64,000 nt of DNA from Candidatus Omnitrophota bacterium (GCA_026387175.1 JAPLME010000011.1:1856-65855), one strand, 5' to 3'. Positions 37,901-46,862 are shown, numbered from the stretch's first letter. Translations and numbers: made by a program. Notes: generated by a model not told the origin, from the sequence alone.

Positions 37901-39414
37901 TCGGCGGCATAAAAAGTTTCATAAATAATATAAAGATACCGCGCTTTCCGCGAAATATGAAATTCATGAAATTTGATTTTAAGGCCGGCGCCGTCGCGGT
38001 GGAGATAGGGAACGACTGGCTGAAGATATCCCAGAAGAGCCCCGCCAGGGGTAACGAGTTCATCTACCAGATCAGCCTCACCAAGCTGGCTGAGATCAAA
38101 GGCGGAGTAGCGCTCGCCATAGACGATATCTTCAAGGACCTCAAGCTTGACAGGCAGCATGTGGTAGCCTATATCCCGCGCCATCTGGTCACCGTGCGCA
38201 TGCTGGACCTGCCCGCCACGGATCCCAAAGAGATAAATGATATGATCAATCTGCAGGTGGGTAAACAGACGCCCTATTCGAAGGAAGAGATAGTGTCGTC
38301 GCATAAGATAATAGAGATCGGCGCCGCCGGATATGCCAAGGTTATGCTGGTCATAGCGGCGCGCAATATCATCAACGAACGCACGGATACGCTTGTAAAG
38401 GCCGGCCTGGACATAAAGAGGGTCGCCATATCTTCCGAGGGAGTTTTCAACTGGTTTACCACCATTCACATGCCGCGCTTAAAACTGGATGATTCTCAAG
38501 GTGTGGTAGTGGTGGATATAGATTCCAACTATTCGGATTTCATAGTTATACGCAGAGGGAAGATGGTCTTTACCAGAAACATATTCATAGGCGCAAATCA
38601 CCTCATGCAGGACTCGGACGAGTGGCGGGATAAGTTTGCGGAGGAATTGAAACGGTCCTTCGAACGGCACCAGAGCGAGGAAAAGAACGTAAAGATAGTA
38701 AAGATGTTTTTGAGCGGCGCGGGAGCGAATATAAAAGGGCTGGATATTGTCTTGAGCGCCGGCATCGGGCTCCCCATTGAGGGCATAGACCAGCTTAGCG
38801 ATATCCGCGCGAGAAATAGCATCGAAGCTTTGCGGGCCGAGAATTTCAGGTACGTTTCGCTGACCCAGCTTCTCGGGGTGTCGATGACCGACAAGGAGCC
38901 GCAGATCGATCTCACGACCGGCGAGCAGAAGGTCCAGCATCTGATGGACACGAAGAGGAAACAGCTTACCGTAATGGGGATATTGATAGCATCGATCGTT
39001 ACAATGCTGTCGTTCCTGTGCCTGACGGATATTTATAATAAGAACGCGTATCTATCGAAGCTGAAACGCATGGCGACAAAGATAGGCGCGGACGCGGATG
39101 ATATCGAAAAGATGCGGGCGGTGATCAGCCTGGTGGAGAAACGCCTGGATTCCCGCGGTTCTTCGATAGAGGTGATAAATGAGATATACAAGATCACCCC
39201 TAAAGAGATATATCTTACGGATATAAATATAGACGAAAAACAGACGGTGGTTCTGAAGGGCGGGGGCCTCGCGATGTCGGACGTATTTAAATATGTCAAG
39301 AAGCTCGAAGAATCGGATATGCTCGAGAATGTCAAGACCACATACACGACGACCAAGAAAGATAAGGATACCGAATTCGCGGAGTTTGAGATATCCTGCA
39401 CTTATCAAAAATAA
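37897..39414 (+). CDS. gspL: GspL-like assembly protein (PilM-like actin-fold N-domain fused to a PilN-like TM and periplasmic domain)
   Basis: 505 aa. Cytoplasmic actin-like region, mid-protein TM LTVMGILIASIVTMLSFLCL, C-terminal periplasmic domain. Confidence 0.6.
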   Translation: MIGGIKSFINNIKIPRFPRNMKFMKFDFKAGAVAVEIGNDWLKISQKSPARGNEFIYQISLTKLAEIKGGVALAIDDIFKDLKLDRQHVVAYIPRHLVTVRMLDLPATDPKEINDMINLQVGKQTPYSKEEIVSSHKIIEIGAAGYAKVMLVIAARNIINERTDTLVKAGLDIKRVAISSEGVFNWFTTIHMPRLKLDDSQGVVVVDIDSNYSDFIVIRRGKMVFTRNIFIGANHLMQDSDEWRDKFAEELKRSFERHQSEEKNVKIVKMFLSGAGANIKGLDIVLSAGIGLPIEGIDQLSDIRARNSIEALRAENFRYVSLTQLLGVSMTDKEPQIDLTTGEQKVQHLMDTKRKQLTVMGILIASIVTMLSFLCLTDIYNKNAYLSKLKRMATKIGADADDIEKMRAVISLVEKRLDSRGSSIEVINEIYKITPKEIYLTDINIDEKQTVVLKGGGLAMSDVFKYVKKLEESDMLENVKTTYTTTKKDKDTEFAEFEISCTYQK

Positions 39415-39426
39415 CGGGAACCGAAC

Positions 39427-39972
39427 ATGATCAATATGGAATTTTTTTATAAATTATCGAAGAAGGAAAAGATAGGGCTGATGGCGGCCATCGTAGTCAT
39501 AGCGCTTATGCTCATCGACAGGCTCGTCATAAGCCCCATAGGCAACAGGATCCAGCGTATAGACCAGGAGATAAAATTCAGCGAGAAAAAATTGAGCCGC
39601 GACCTGCGTAATATGAATAATAAGGATATCATCGAAAGAGAGTATAAGAAGTATAAAAATTATGTGAAGAAGAGCTCCGTCTCGGACGAAGAAGATGTGG
39701 CAAATATACTCGGGGAGATAGAGGGCCTGGCGCGTTCATCCAGCGTCAGCCTGGTCGATATAAAGCCGCAGGCTCCGAAGCGGGCCGATTTTTACAAAGA
39801 GTACGCTATCGAGGTGGAAGTGGAAGGCAGCATGGAACAGGTCATCACTTTCCTGCACGACCTGAATAGCTCCGCGCAGTTATTGAGAGCGGTGAAACTC
39901 CGTATCGGTCTTAAAGACAAAGAATTATCCGCTATAAAAGCGTCCCTCCTTGTGACCAAGATCTCAATATAA
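39427..39972 (+). CDS. GspM/PilO-like bitopic assembly protein
   Basis: 181 aa. N-terminal TM IGLMAAIVVIALMLI, coiled coil, and a C-terminal alpha/beta domain. It is the last gene of the operon. Confidence 0.5.
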   Translation: MINMEFFYKLSKKEKIGLMAAIVVIALMLIDRLVISPIGNRIQRIDQEIKFSEKKLSRDLRNMNNKDIIEREYKKYKNYVKKSSVSDEEDVANILGEIEGLARSSSVSLVDIKPQAPKRADFYKEYAIEVEVEGSMEQVITFLHDLNSSAQLLRAVKLRIGLKDKELSAIKASLLVTKISI

Positions 39973-40011
39973 ACCGTTTCGATATAAGCGATATAAGGAC
40001 CGGGTCCTGTG

Positions 40012-40043
40012 CCAATAGGGGAAGTGTCCCCTTGGCCGTTTTT
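40012..40043 (+). terminator. Rho-independent terminator ending the giant-gene/atp/T2SS co-directional gene block
   Basis: ccaa-ta-gggga-agtg-tcccc-ttgg hairpin followed by ccg-ttttt. It overlaps the stop of the convergent minus-strand gene. Confidence 0.4.
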
Positions 40044-40365
40044 ACCGCGGTGACGTAGCTATCTGCGAGAATTTTTCCGGGTGTTTTATGAAATGCTTTG
40101 CGCACGCGTCACAGCACAGATTGTAGATCTTGCCCTTATATTCGATTTTGATGCAGTTGGCCTTATCGATATCATCGTCTGAAACCGGGCAGCGGAAGTT
40201 CTTTACGCTTTCAGCCGTGCTGCTTACCTGTTCTTCTTTTGTCAGGATTTTAGCCTCGTCACTCTCATCCCCGCATACACCGTTTCCAGCCCCGATGCCT
40301 GCGCATAAAAGCAGGGCTAAAGCTATTATAAAGACACTTTTTTTCAATATATTAAATATATTCAT
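40042..40365 (-). CDS. Small secreted Cys-rich YHS/TRASH-like domain protein
   Basis: Signal peptide MNIFNILKKSVFIIALALLLCAG. C-terminus KGKIYNLCCDACAKHFIKHPEKF resembles the YHS metal-binding domain. It is the only minus-strand gene in the window. Confidence 0.5.
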   Translation of the reverse strand: MNIFNILKKSVFIIALALLLCAGIGAGNGVCGDESDEAKILTKEEQVSSTAESVKNFRCPVSDDDIDKANCIKIEYKGKIYNLCCDACAKHFIKHPEKFSQIATSPR

Positions 40366-40437
40366 ATATCCTCCTTACGGTATCCTCACATCTAAAGTAT
40401 ATCATAAAACTCGCTATAAGGGGAACGGAGGCGAATA

Positions 40438-41427
40438 TTGTTGAAAAATGTGAAAATGGCGTGTAAAATCAATAAAATGAAACGCGCCTTCCAAATCCTG
40501 GTGATCACTATTATAGCGATATCTCTTTATTCGCTCACTCCGATGGTATCGTTATACCTGAAAAAAGACGTCCGCCAGCCTACTAACGCGGAAATTGCCG
40601 AAAAGCTGAAGAAGAACAAGGGGGAATATTTCGGTTTCATCGTCTTCGGGGATAATCACGCGGGCTTCATATTCGATGACAGCGCTTTCCTTAAACTCAT
40701 ACGGACCATGAACAGAGAGGATCGCTTTAAGAAGCTGCCGATAGATTTCGCGGCTAACATGGGCGATGTCACGTTCTCGAAGGGAAAAGAGTCCGATTAC
40801 ATTATGTACGACCGCCTGCGCTCGATGCTAAAGTGGCCGGTGGTAAGCGTGATGGGCAATCATGACTACCAGAATGGTGGCTGGCGCAGGTTCAATAAAC
40901 ACATAGGAAGCGCTGATTTCTCATTTGTCGATCGAAACTCATACTTTATTATACTGGATAATAAGATCACGGATATTTCTCAGAAACAATTTGAATGGCT
41001 CGATGAAGAGCTGGCCAAGGCCTCCGCTTACAAACACAAGTTTATATTCATGCATAAGTCGCCCATCTCCCTTTATCAGCAATCATGGTTCAGGCCCGAA
41101 CTGGGCCCCTGGTCATACAGGATAATGAAACTTTGCCAGAAATACGGGGTGGATATCGTATTCTCCGGACACGAACATATGTTCAGAGAGAGTGTTTTCG
41201 GGGGAGTGCGCTATGTAACATCCGGCGGCGCCGGTATGCTCACGCAGATACCGGAATCGGAGGGAGGATTTTTACATTATGTAGTGGTCAGGGTGTACGG
41301 TGACTATGTTGATTATGAAGTCAGAAAAGTCTTCCCGCCGTTCTGGGAATCCGTCACGTACTATATGTGGAAAGAAGCGTTCTATTGCCTGAAAAGAGTT
41401 TTCCTTAGGGACGGATTTCTGTTTTAA
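40438..41427 (+). CDS. Membrane-anchored calcineurin-like metallophosphoesterase
   Basis: Motifs GDNHAG, GDVT, GNHD and GHEHMF. The N-terminal TM is preserved whichever start is used, and the start is uncertain (alternative Met codons at +6 and +13). Confidence 0.7.
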   Translation: MLKNVKMACKINKMKRAFQILVITIIAISLYSLTPMVSLYLKKDVRQPTNAEIAEKLKKNKGEYFGFIVFGDNHAGFIFDDSAFLKLIRTMNREDRFKKLPIDFAANMGDVTFSKGKESDYIMYDRLRSMLKWPVVSVMGNHDYQNGGWRRFNKHIGSADFSFVDRNSYFIILDNKITDISQKQFEWLDEELAKASAYKHKFIFMHKSPISLYQQSWFRPELGPWSYRIMKLCQKYGVDIVFSGHEHMFRESVFGGVRYVTSGGAGMLTQIPESEGGFLHYVVVRVYGDYVDYEVRKVFPPFWESVTYYMWKEAFYCLKRVFLRDGFLF

Positions 41428-41443
41428 CCCCACCGCCTAAACG

Positions 41444-42538
41444 ATGAGAATATTAAGAGATTACATATTAAAAGAGTTCTTCCACTCATTCTTCCTGACG
41501 CTGGTGGTATTCACCTTTGTATTCCTGGTGGGCAACATTATCACACTCGCCAATTATATCATCAATAAAGGCGTCGATCCGTTATCGATATTAAAGCTTT
41601 TCATATACCTGATCCCATGGCTCCTGAGCTTCACTTTGCCGATAGCGGTCCTTACGGCCTCGATACTCTCCTTCGGACGGCTCTCGGCCGACGGCGAGCT
41701 GACCGCGATGAAGGCCAGCGGCGTATCGCTATTCCGCGTATCGATACCCATCATCATGGTCGGGGTGCTGTGCAGTTTCTTCGCGTTCTTTCTGAACGAC
41801 CAGATATCGCCCAACGCTTCATTCGCTTCGCGGCGGGTGATAAAGGAGATAGGGATACGCTCCCCGGCGGCGGCCCTGGAGGAAGGCACTTTTATCAGGG
41901 GTTTCGAGAACTATATAATATTCATCCATGAAATAAAAGGCAATAAGCTGAAGAACATAAGGATATACCAGCCGCAGGAAGGGAAGCCCACGCGCACTAT
42001 AGTAGCGGAGGCGGGCGAGATCAACTCTATACCGGCAAAAAATCTTATAGAGCTTAAGCTGTATAACGGGACCAGCGAGGAGCCTTCTCCGACCGACCCC
42101 GACAGTTTCTATAAACTCAATTTCAAGACATACTTCATGTCGCTCGACCTCAGTAAGGTATTCAAAAATGAGAAGATACAGAAGAAGACCAGGGAGATGA
42201 CTATAAATGAGCTCAACGCGGAGATAAAGAATTGCGTCGACCAGAAGATCGATCCGACGCCGCTTCGCGTCGAGATATATAAGAAGATAAATATATCGAT
42301 CGCGACGCTGATATTCGCGCTGATAGGCATACCTCTGGGAGTGAAGACGGAGCGCAGCGAAAAATCCGTAGGATTTGTCCTGGGGTCCGTTCTATTCGGG
42401 GTCTACTGGGCCGCTTTTTCAGGCATGATAGTCGTTGCCGCGACCTCCAAGATACCGCCGATGCTGGCCGCGGCGCTGCCTAACATTGTATTTTTCAGTA
42501 TAGGGCTGATACTATTCATCTGGACAGCCAGAAAGTAG
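41444..42538 (+). CDS. LptF/LptG family permease (YjgP/YjgQ)
   Basis: MRILRDYILKEF... N-terminus, six TM segments and a periplasmic beta-jellyroll insert, 364 aa. Confidence 0.8.
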   Translation: MRILRDYILKEFFHSFFLTLVVFTFVFLVGNIITLANYIINKGVDPLSILKLFIYLIPWLLSFTLPIAVLTASILSFGRLSADGELTAMKASGVSLFRVSIPIIMVGVLCSFFAFFLNDQISPNASFASRRVIKEIGIRSPAAALEEGTFIRGFENYIIFIHEIKGNKLKNIRIYQPQEGKPTRTIVAEAGEINSIPAKNLIELKLYNGTSEEPSPTDPDSFYKLNFKTYFMSLDLSKVFKNEKIQKKTREMTINELNAEIKNCVDQKIDPTPLRVEIYKKINISIATLIFALIGIPLGVKTERSEKSVGFVLGSVLFGVYWAAFSGMIVVAATSKIPPMLAAALPNIVFFSIGLILFIWTARK

Positions 42539-42546
42539 GATGAGAG

Positions 42547-43497
42547 ATGCCGGAAATGTATGATATAGCGATAATCGGCGGAGGCCCGGCGGGCCTTACG
42601 GCAGGGCTCTATGCGTCCCGCGCCAGGATGAAGACGGTCATGATAGAAAAAATGGTGTGCGGCGGCCAGGTGCTGATAACGGACACGATAGAGAATTTTC
42701 CCGGCTTTCCCGAAGGCATAAAAGGCCCGGAGCTTGCCGACTTGATGTCCAGGCAGGCGGGCCATTTTGGACTTGAGGTGAGGCAGGCGGAAGCCTCCGG
42801 CGTGATCCTTAAGAAGAAAGAGAACGAGGCTTTCTCGGTAGAGTTTACCGATGGAATGAAGCTCGAGGCGCTCTCACTGATAGTGTCGACCGGAGCCAGA
42901 TGGAATTCTCTCGGCGTGCCGGGTGAGAAAGAGCTTACCGGCAGAGGCGTGTCGTATTGCGCCACATGCGATGGGCCGCTCTTTAAGGGGAAGGAAGTGG
43001 CGGTGATAGGGGGCGGGGATACGGCCCTGGAGGACGCGCTATTCCTCACCAGGTTCGCGGATAAGGTTACAATAATCCACCGCCGTGACCGGTTCAGGGG
43101 CACAAAGATACTTCAGGAGCGGGTAGGCGCGAATAGTAAGATAGAAGTCCGTTTTAATTCTGTAGCGGTCAGTATATCAGGATCCAGGAAGTGCGAGGCC
43201 GTAGAAATAAAGGATGTCAGGACGGGAGGCACCGATTCGATCAAAGTCAGCGGTGTATTTGTCCTGATAGGCATGGCGCCGAACTCGGAAAGCTTTAAAG
43301 GCATCATCGGGATGGATGATAAAGGCTATATAATCTGCGATGACGATATGAAGACGTCCATAGACGGCATATTTGCCTGCGGCGACGTGCGCAGGAAGCT
43401 ATTAAGGCAGGTCGTGACGGCCTGCGGCGACGGCGCGACGGCCGCTTTCAGCGCCCAGCATTATGTGGAGCGCCTGAAGGGCGTCGAGTACAAATGA
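42547..43497 (+). CDS. trxB: Thioredoxin-disulfide reductase
   Basis: GGGPAG FAD motif, CATCDG redox-active site, GGGDTA NADPH motif, 316 aa. Confidence 0.9.
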   Translation: MPEMYDIAIIGGGPAGLTAGLYASRARMKTVMIEKMVCGGQVLITDTIENFPGFPEGIKGPELADLMSRQAGHFGLEVRQAEASGVILKKKENEAFSVEFTDGMKLEALSLIVSTGARWNSLGVPGEKELTGRGVSYCATCDGPLFKGKEVAVIGGGDTALEDALFLTRFADKVTIIHRRDRFRGTKILQERVGANSKIEVRFNSVAVSISGSRKCEAVEIKDVRTGGTDSIKVSGVFVLIGMAPNSESFKGIIGMDDKGYIICDDDMKTSIDGIFACGDVRRKLLRQVVTACGDGATAAFSAQHYVERLKGVEYK

Positions 43498-43555
43498 TAT
43501 TGACTAAGCCCGCCATTCATGTTAGTTTAGATTTCGATATTTTGGAATATATTGT

Positions 43556-43630
43556 GCCGAGGTAGCTCAGCGGTAGAGCGCTGCCCTGAAAAGGCAGGCG
43601 TGGCGTGTTCGACTCACGCCCTCGGCACCA
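43556..43630 (+). tRNA. tRNA-Phe (anticodon GAA)
   Basis: Cloverleaf with acceptor GCCGAGG/CCTCGGC, D-arm GCTC-AGCGGTA-GAGC, anticodon stem CTGCC/GGCAG with loop CTGAAAA, T-arm GCGTG-TTCGACT-CACGC, discriminator A and encoded CCA. Confidence 0.85.
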
Positions 43631-43692
43631 TTTTATTGTCCGAAAAATCTGCTAGGGGGCGGGTAGAGAGTGAGATTGGAACAAGGAAAAAC

Positions 43693-44193
43693 ATGAAAAC
43701 TGTCTTCAAGGGAAAATTATTAAAAGTGTTTGTTAAGAAGGTGAGGCTGCCGCATGGGTACCTCGCCACTTACGAGATGGTCCGGCATCCCGGGGCAGCG
43801 CTTATCGTGCCGTTTCTGACCGGCGGCAAAGTCATAATGCTGAAGCAGCTCAGGCCCGTCATCGGAAAATACATCTATGAATTGCCGGCGGGCACGCTCG
43901 GTAAGAATGAAGTGCCTCTATCATGCGCTCGACGGGAGATAGTGGAAGAGACTGGTTATTCGGCCGGTAAATTTAAGCTTCTGGGCGCTATCTATCCCGT
44001 ACCGGGGTATTCCACGGAGAAGATATTTATATATAAGGCGGAGGGCCTGAAGAGGGAAGAACGTGCCCCCGAGGAAGATGAAGTGATAGAAGCCGAGGTC
44101 CTCACGCGGGCGCAAATAAAGAAGCTATTTAAATCCGGCAAGATCGTTGACGCAAAGACGATAGCGGCGCTGGCCTTCTGCGGGTGGTTATAA
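43693..44193 (+). CDS. NUDIX hydrolase (ADP-ribose pyrophosphatase-like)
   Basis: Nudix box GTLGKNEVPLSCARREIVEETGY. The start was moved to the ATG at 43693 because the track ORF (43552) reads through the tRNA. Confidence 0.8.
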   Translation: MKTVFKGKLLKVFVKKVRLPHGYLATYEMVRHPGAALIVPFLTGGKVIMLKQLRPVIGKYIYELPAGTLGKNEVPLSCARREIVEETGYSAGKFKLLGAIYPVPGYSTEKIFIYKAEGLKREERAPEEDEVIEAEVLTRAQIKKLFKSGKIVDAKTIAALAFCGWL

Positions 44194-44197
44194 TATT

Positions 44198-45376
44198 ATG
44201 AAAGAGAATTCGGTAAAATTGAGAAGCGGCCGAAACGGAATATTGCGGCCAAACCATCCCTGGATATACAAAGGCCAATTGTTACATCCGGCAGAGCCGA
44301 TAAAAGGCGGAAGCGTAGTGAGCGTATGGACTTCCGATAATAAATTCGCGGGCCGCGGCTATTATAACCCCACCTCCGAGATTACAGTAAGGCTGCTCAC
44401 ATTTAAAGACGAACCCATAGACGACGCGTTTATCGACCGGAAGATAAAAGAGGCCGTGGCCAGAAGGGTGCCTCTGAGACAGCGGACGAACGCCTATCGC
44501 GCTGTATTCAGCGAGGCCGACGGCCTCCCCGGGCTTATAGTCGATATCTACGCGGATACGGCAGTATTCCAGATATTGACGCTCGGTATGGAGCGATTCA
44601 TAGAAGCGATCGCCGCGGCCATCAGGAGAAACACCGGCGCGCGGTATGTATATGAGAAGAGCGACGGGCCCTTCAGGAAGCGCGAAGGCCTGAAGGTCGT
44701 AAAGAGCTGGCATGGCGATAAGGGCAATAGATATATCACGATATCCGAAGGGAAAGCCAAATTTGTTGTCGACATATACGAGGGGCATAAGACCGGATTT
44801 TATCTCGATCAGCGTTCATCCAGGCTTGCCATGCATACGATATCGAAAGGCAAGAGCGTTCTGGACCTATTTTCGTATATAGGGGGATTTTCGATCCATG
44901 CGGCGCTTTCCGGCGCCGCCAGCGCAACAGCAGTCGATATAAAAGAGGACTGGCTGAAAACCGGCCATAGAAACGCCATCCTGAACAATGCAGCCGACAA
45001 AATAGAATTTGTAAAAGCCGATGCCTTTGAATATCTAAAGAAGACCTTCATCTCCGGAAAGAAATTTGATGTCATAATCGTCGATCCTCCGTCCTTTCTT
45101 AAAACACGCCATTCGCTCGCGAGCGCTTCGAAGGGCTATAAAGAGTTGAATTACATGGCGATAAAATGTCTTAACAAAGAAGGTGTGCTTGCGACCTTTT
45201 CATGTTCCCATAATATGCCGAATGAAGCGTTTTCCGCCCTTTTGAAAGAGGCCGCCTCCGAGGCGAGAAGGGAGTTCACCATATTGAAGAGATGTCATCA
45301 GGCGGAGGATCACCCGATAGTGCGATCGATCCCGGAAACCGAATACCTGAAGGGGTATTTTCTCAAGGTGAGTTGA
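44198..45376 (+). CDS. rlmI: Class I SAM-dependent rRNA methyltransferase, RlmI-like (PUA plus MTase)
   Basis: N-terminal PUA-like region (RPNHPWIYKGQL), the GLPGLIVDIYAD motif and a C-terminal Rossmann MTase domain. 392 aa. Confidence 0.7.
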   Translation: MKENSVKLRSGRNGILRPNHPWIYKGQLLHPAEPIKGGSVVSVWTSDNKFAGRGYYNPTSEITVRLLTFKDEPIDDAFIDRKIKEAVARRVPLRQRTNAYRAVFSEADGLPGLIVDIYADTAVFQILTLGMERFIEAIAAAIRRNTGARYVYEKSDGPFRKREGLKVVKSWHGDKGNRYITISEGKAKFVVDIYEGHKTGFYLDQRSSRLAMHTISKGKSVLDLFSYIGGFSIHAALSGAASATAVDIKEDWLKTGHRNAILNNAADKIEFVKADAFEYLKKTFISGKKFDVIIVDPPSFLKTRHSLASASKGYKELNYMAIKCLNKEGVLATFSCSHNMPNEAFSALLKEAASEARREFTILKRCHQAEDHPIVRSIPETEYLKGYFLKVS

Positions 45377-45410
45377 CCCCCTTACCCTTAGGGCCCCACT
45401 GGAGGAAGAT

Positions 45411-45539
45411 AGGGACAGGTACAAAATTAAGATTAGACCTGTCCCCTCCCATTCTTACAATATAACCCGAATGAATAAAAAAATGGAGGGCGGGGTGGGG
45501 TAGGGGGACAGGTCTGAGATAAGATTTGTACCTGTCCCT
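45411..45539. repeat. Nested imperfect inverted repeat (outer 15-bp and inner 12-bp perfect arms) enclosing a G-tract run
   Basis: agggacaggtacaaa (45411-45425) pairs with tttgtacctgtccct (45525-45539). agacctgtcccc (45435-45446) pairs with ggggacaggtct (45504-45515). gggcggggtggggtaggggg lies at 45488-45507. Confidence 0.5.
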
Positions 45540-45581
45540 AAAGAACTAAAGAATAAAGAACTACTACAGAGGAATAAAGAT

Positions 45582-46376
45582 ATGTGCGCTAAGCTAAATC
45601 AGGTCCTGTCGCGGCTCCTGCCGGAAGGGACGATAAAAGAGAGATTGAAGAGCTCTTACTATAGCCTTTACTATAACAGGAAGCATTTCAAAGAGAATAA
45701 TTTCCGCGTTTATTATAAGGACGGGCATTTCGAATATAAATTCGACGAAGGCGTTACGTTCAGCTCATACGAAAATATGACGGATGAATTGAAACGCTCG
45801 CTTAAAGGGTATCTGGCTAAATATTCTTTGAAACCGGGCGACACTGTGATAGATTGCGGCGCGTATATAGGAGAATTTACATTATACGCCGGTGTGGCCG
45901 TGGGAGCGTCGGGTAAGGTTATCGCGTTCGAGCCGGATGCCGGAATATATAAAAAACTGCTCACCAATATCGAGCTTAACGGTTTAAAGAATGTTATAAC
46001 GGTAAATAAGGGGCTGTGGAGTAAGGACGGTGTCATGAAATTCGTCGGAGATAATATAAAAGGCTATTCATTCATGTTCGCCGAAAATATCGCAGGCGCG
46101 GTGGATACGCCGGTCGTGAGCCTCGATAACGAACTTGCCAGGCTTGAGGTTACGCATGTGAATTTCATTAAGGCGGATATAGAGGGTGCGGAGCTTGAGT
46201 TTATAAAAGGAGCCGTGAAGACCCTTGGCTCCGGAGACGTCAAAATCGCGATCGCCTCGTACCACAAAATAGACGGTAGGAAGTCCTTCCTTGAACTCGA
46301 AAAGATGCTGACCCAGCTCGGCTATAATCCCGAGACCTCTCATCCCGGACACCTCACTACCTACGCAAGTAAATAG
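45582..46376 (+). CDS. FkbM family SAM-dependent methyltransferase
   Basis: IDCGAYIGEFT...FEPD...NKGLW motifs are typical of the FkbM family. 264 aa. Confidence 0.75.
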   Translation: MCAKLNQVLSRLLPEGTIKERLKSSYYSLYYNRKHFKENNFRVYYKDGHFEYKFDEGVTFSSYENMTDELKRSLKGYLAKYSLKPGDTVIDCGAYIGEFTLYAGVAVGASGKVIAFEPDAGIYKKLLTNIELNGLKNVITVNKGLWSKDGVMKFVGDNIKGYSFMFAENIAGAVDTPVVSLDNELARLEVTHVNFIKADIEGAELEFIKGAVKTLGSGDVKIAIASYHKIDGRKSFLELEKMLTQLGYNPETSHPGHLTTYASK

Positions 46377-46398
46377 ATTTTTCGGCTGCAACGCGAAG

Positions 46399-46553
46399 GC
46401 AGGAAACTTTCGGCACCTTGCTTCCGCTTGCCGCTCGCTCGGAATAGGCTTCCTCGCTCGCTGTTGCTAAAATTTCGATGGTGAAGCCTGTACCGCCTAT
46501 AGGTATCGAAATTTTAGAAAGTCGCTCCAGCAAAGTGCCAAAAGTTCCCTGCC
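46399..46553 (+). other. Candidate structured noncoding element (long-range imperfect inverted repeat around a perfect 13-bp inverted repeat) in a 497-nt noncoding gap
   Basis: gcaggaaactttcggcacc (46399-46417) pairs with ggtgccaaaagttccctgc (complement of 46532-46553). ctaaaatttcgat (46467-46479) pairs with atcgaaattttag (46505-46517), and the loop contains the cctatagg palindrome. No ORF of 60 aa or more on the sense strand. Confidence 0.3.
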
Positions 46554-46833
46554 ATCTCGCAGAGGCCGAAAAATCTCTTAGGGGAGCGGAGGCGAAAATA
46601 TCCTGGCGTATAATGCGGTAGCGGGAATTTTTTAGGGGTGACGCTCTTTCCAGCCTTTTTTCGAATAAGAGGCGGTACGTAGTGGGGCTTGCCACGATCG
46701 ACTAGTTCTACGTGCAAGAGTCGGACACAGCCTCGAATAGGAAAAAAGGCGAAAGAGCGGCAGGACCCCTAAAAAATTCATAAACCATGAAAGACCCGAA
46801 GGATATTTTTGCCGTAGTGAAGGATATTTTCGC

Positions 46834-46862
46834 TTGTGCGGGGAAAACGTATTTGATATAAT
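46834..46862 (+). promoter_or_regulatory. Sigma70-like promoter with an extended -10 element for the efflux operon (near-leaderless)
   Basis: ttgtgc (-35, 46834-46839), 17-nt spacer, tg-a-tataat (46854-46862). The ATG is at 46874, which implies a 5' UTR of only about 4-6 nt with no SD. Confidence 0.35.

Noticed and set aside
37441-38469. 342-aa minus-strand ORF spanning the gspK-gspL junction
   Set aside because: It lies antisense to two overlapping, well-supported plus-strand genes and has no motif support. It is a GC3-driven open frame.
43552-43692. 5' extension of the NUDIX ORF
   Set aside because: It overlaps a canonical tRNA-Phe, so the true start was placed at the ATG at 43693.
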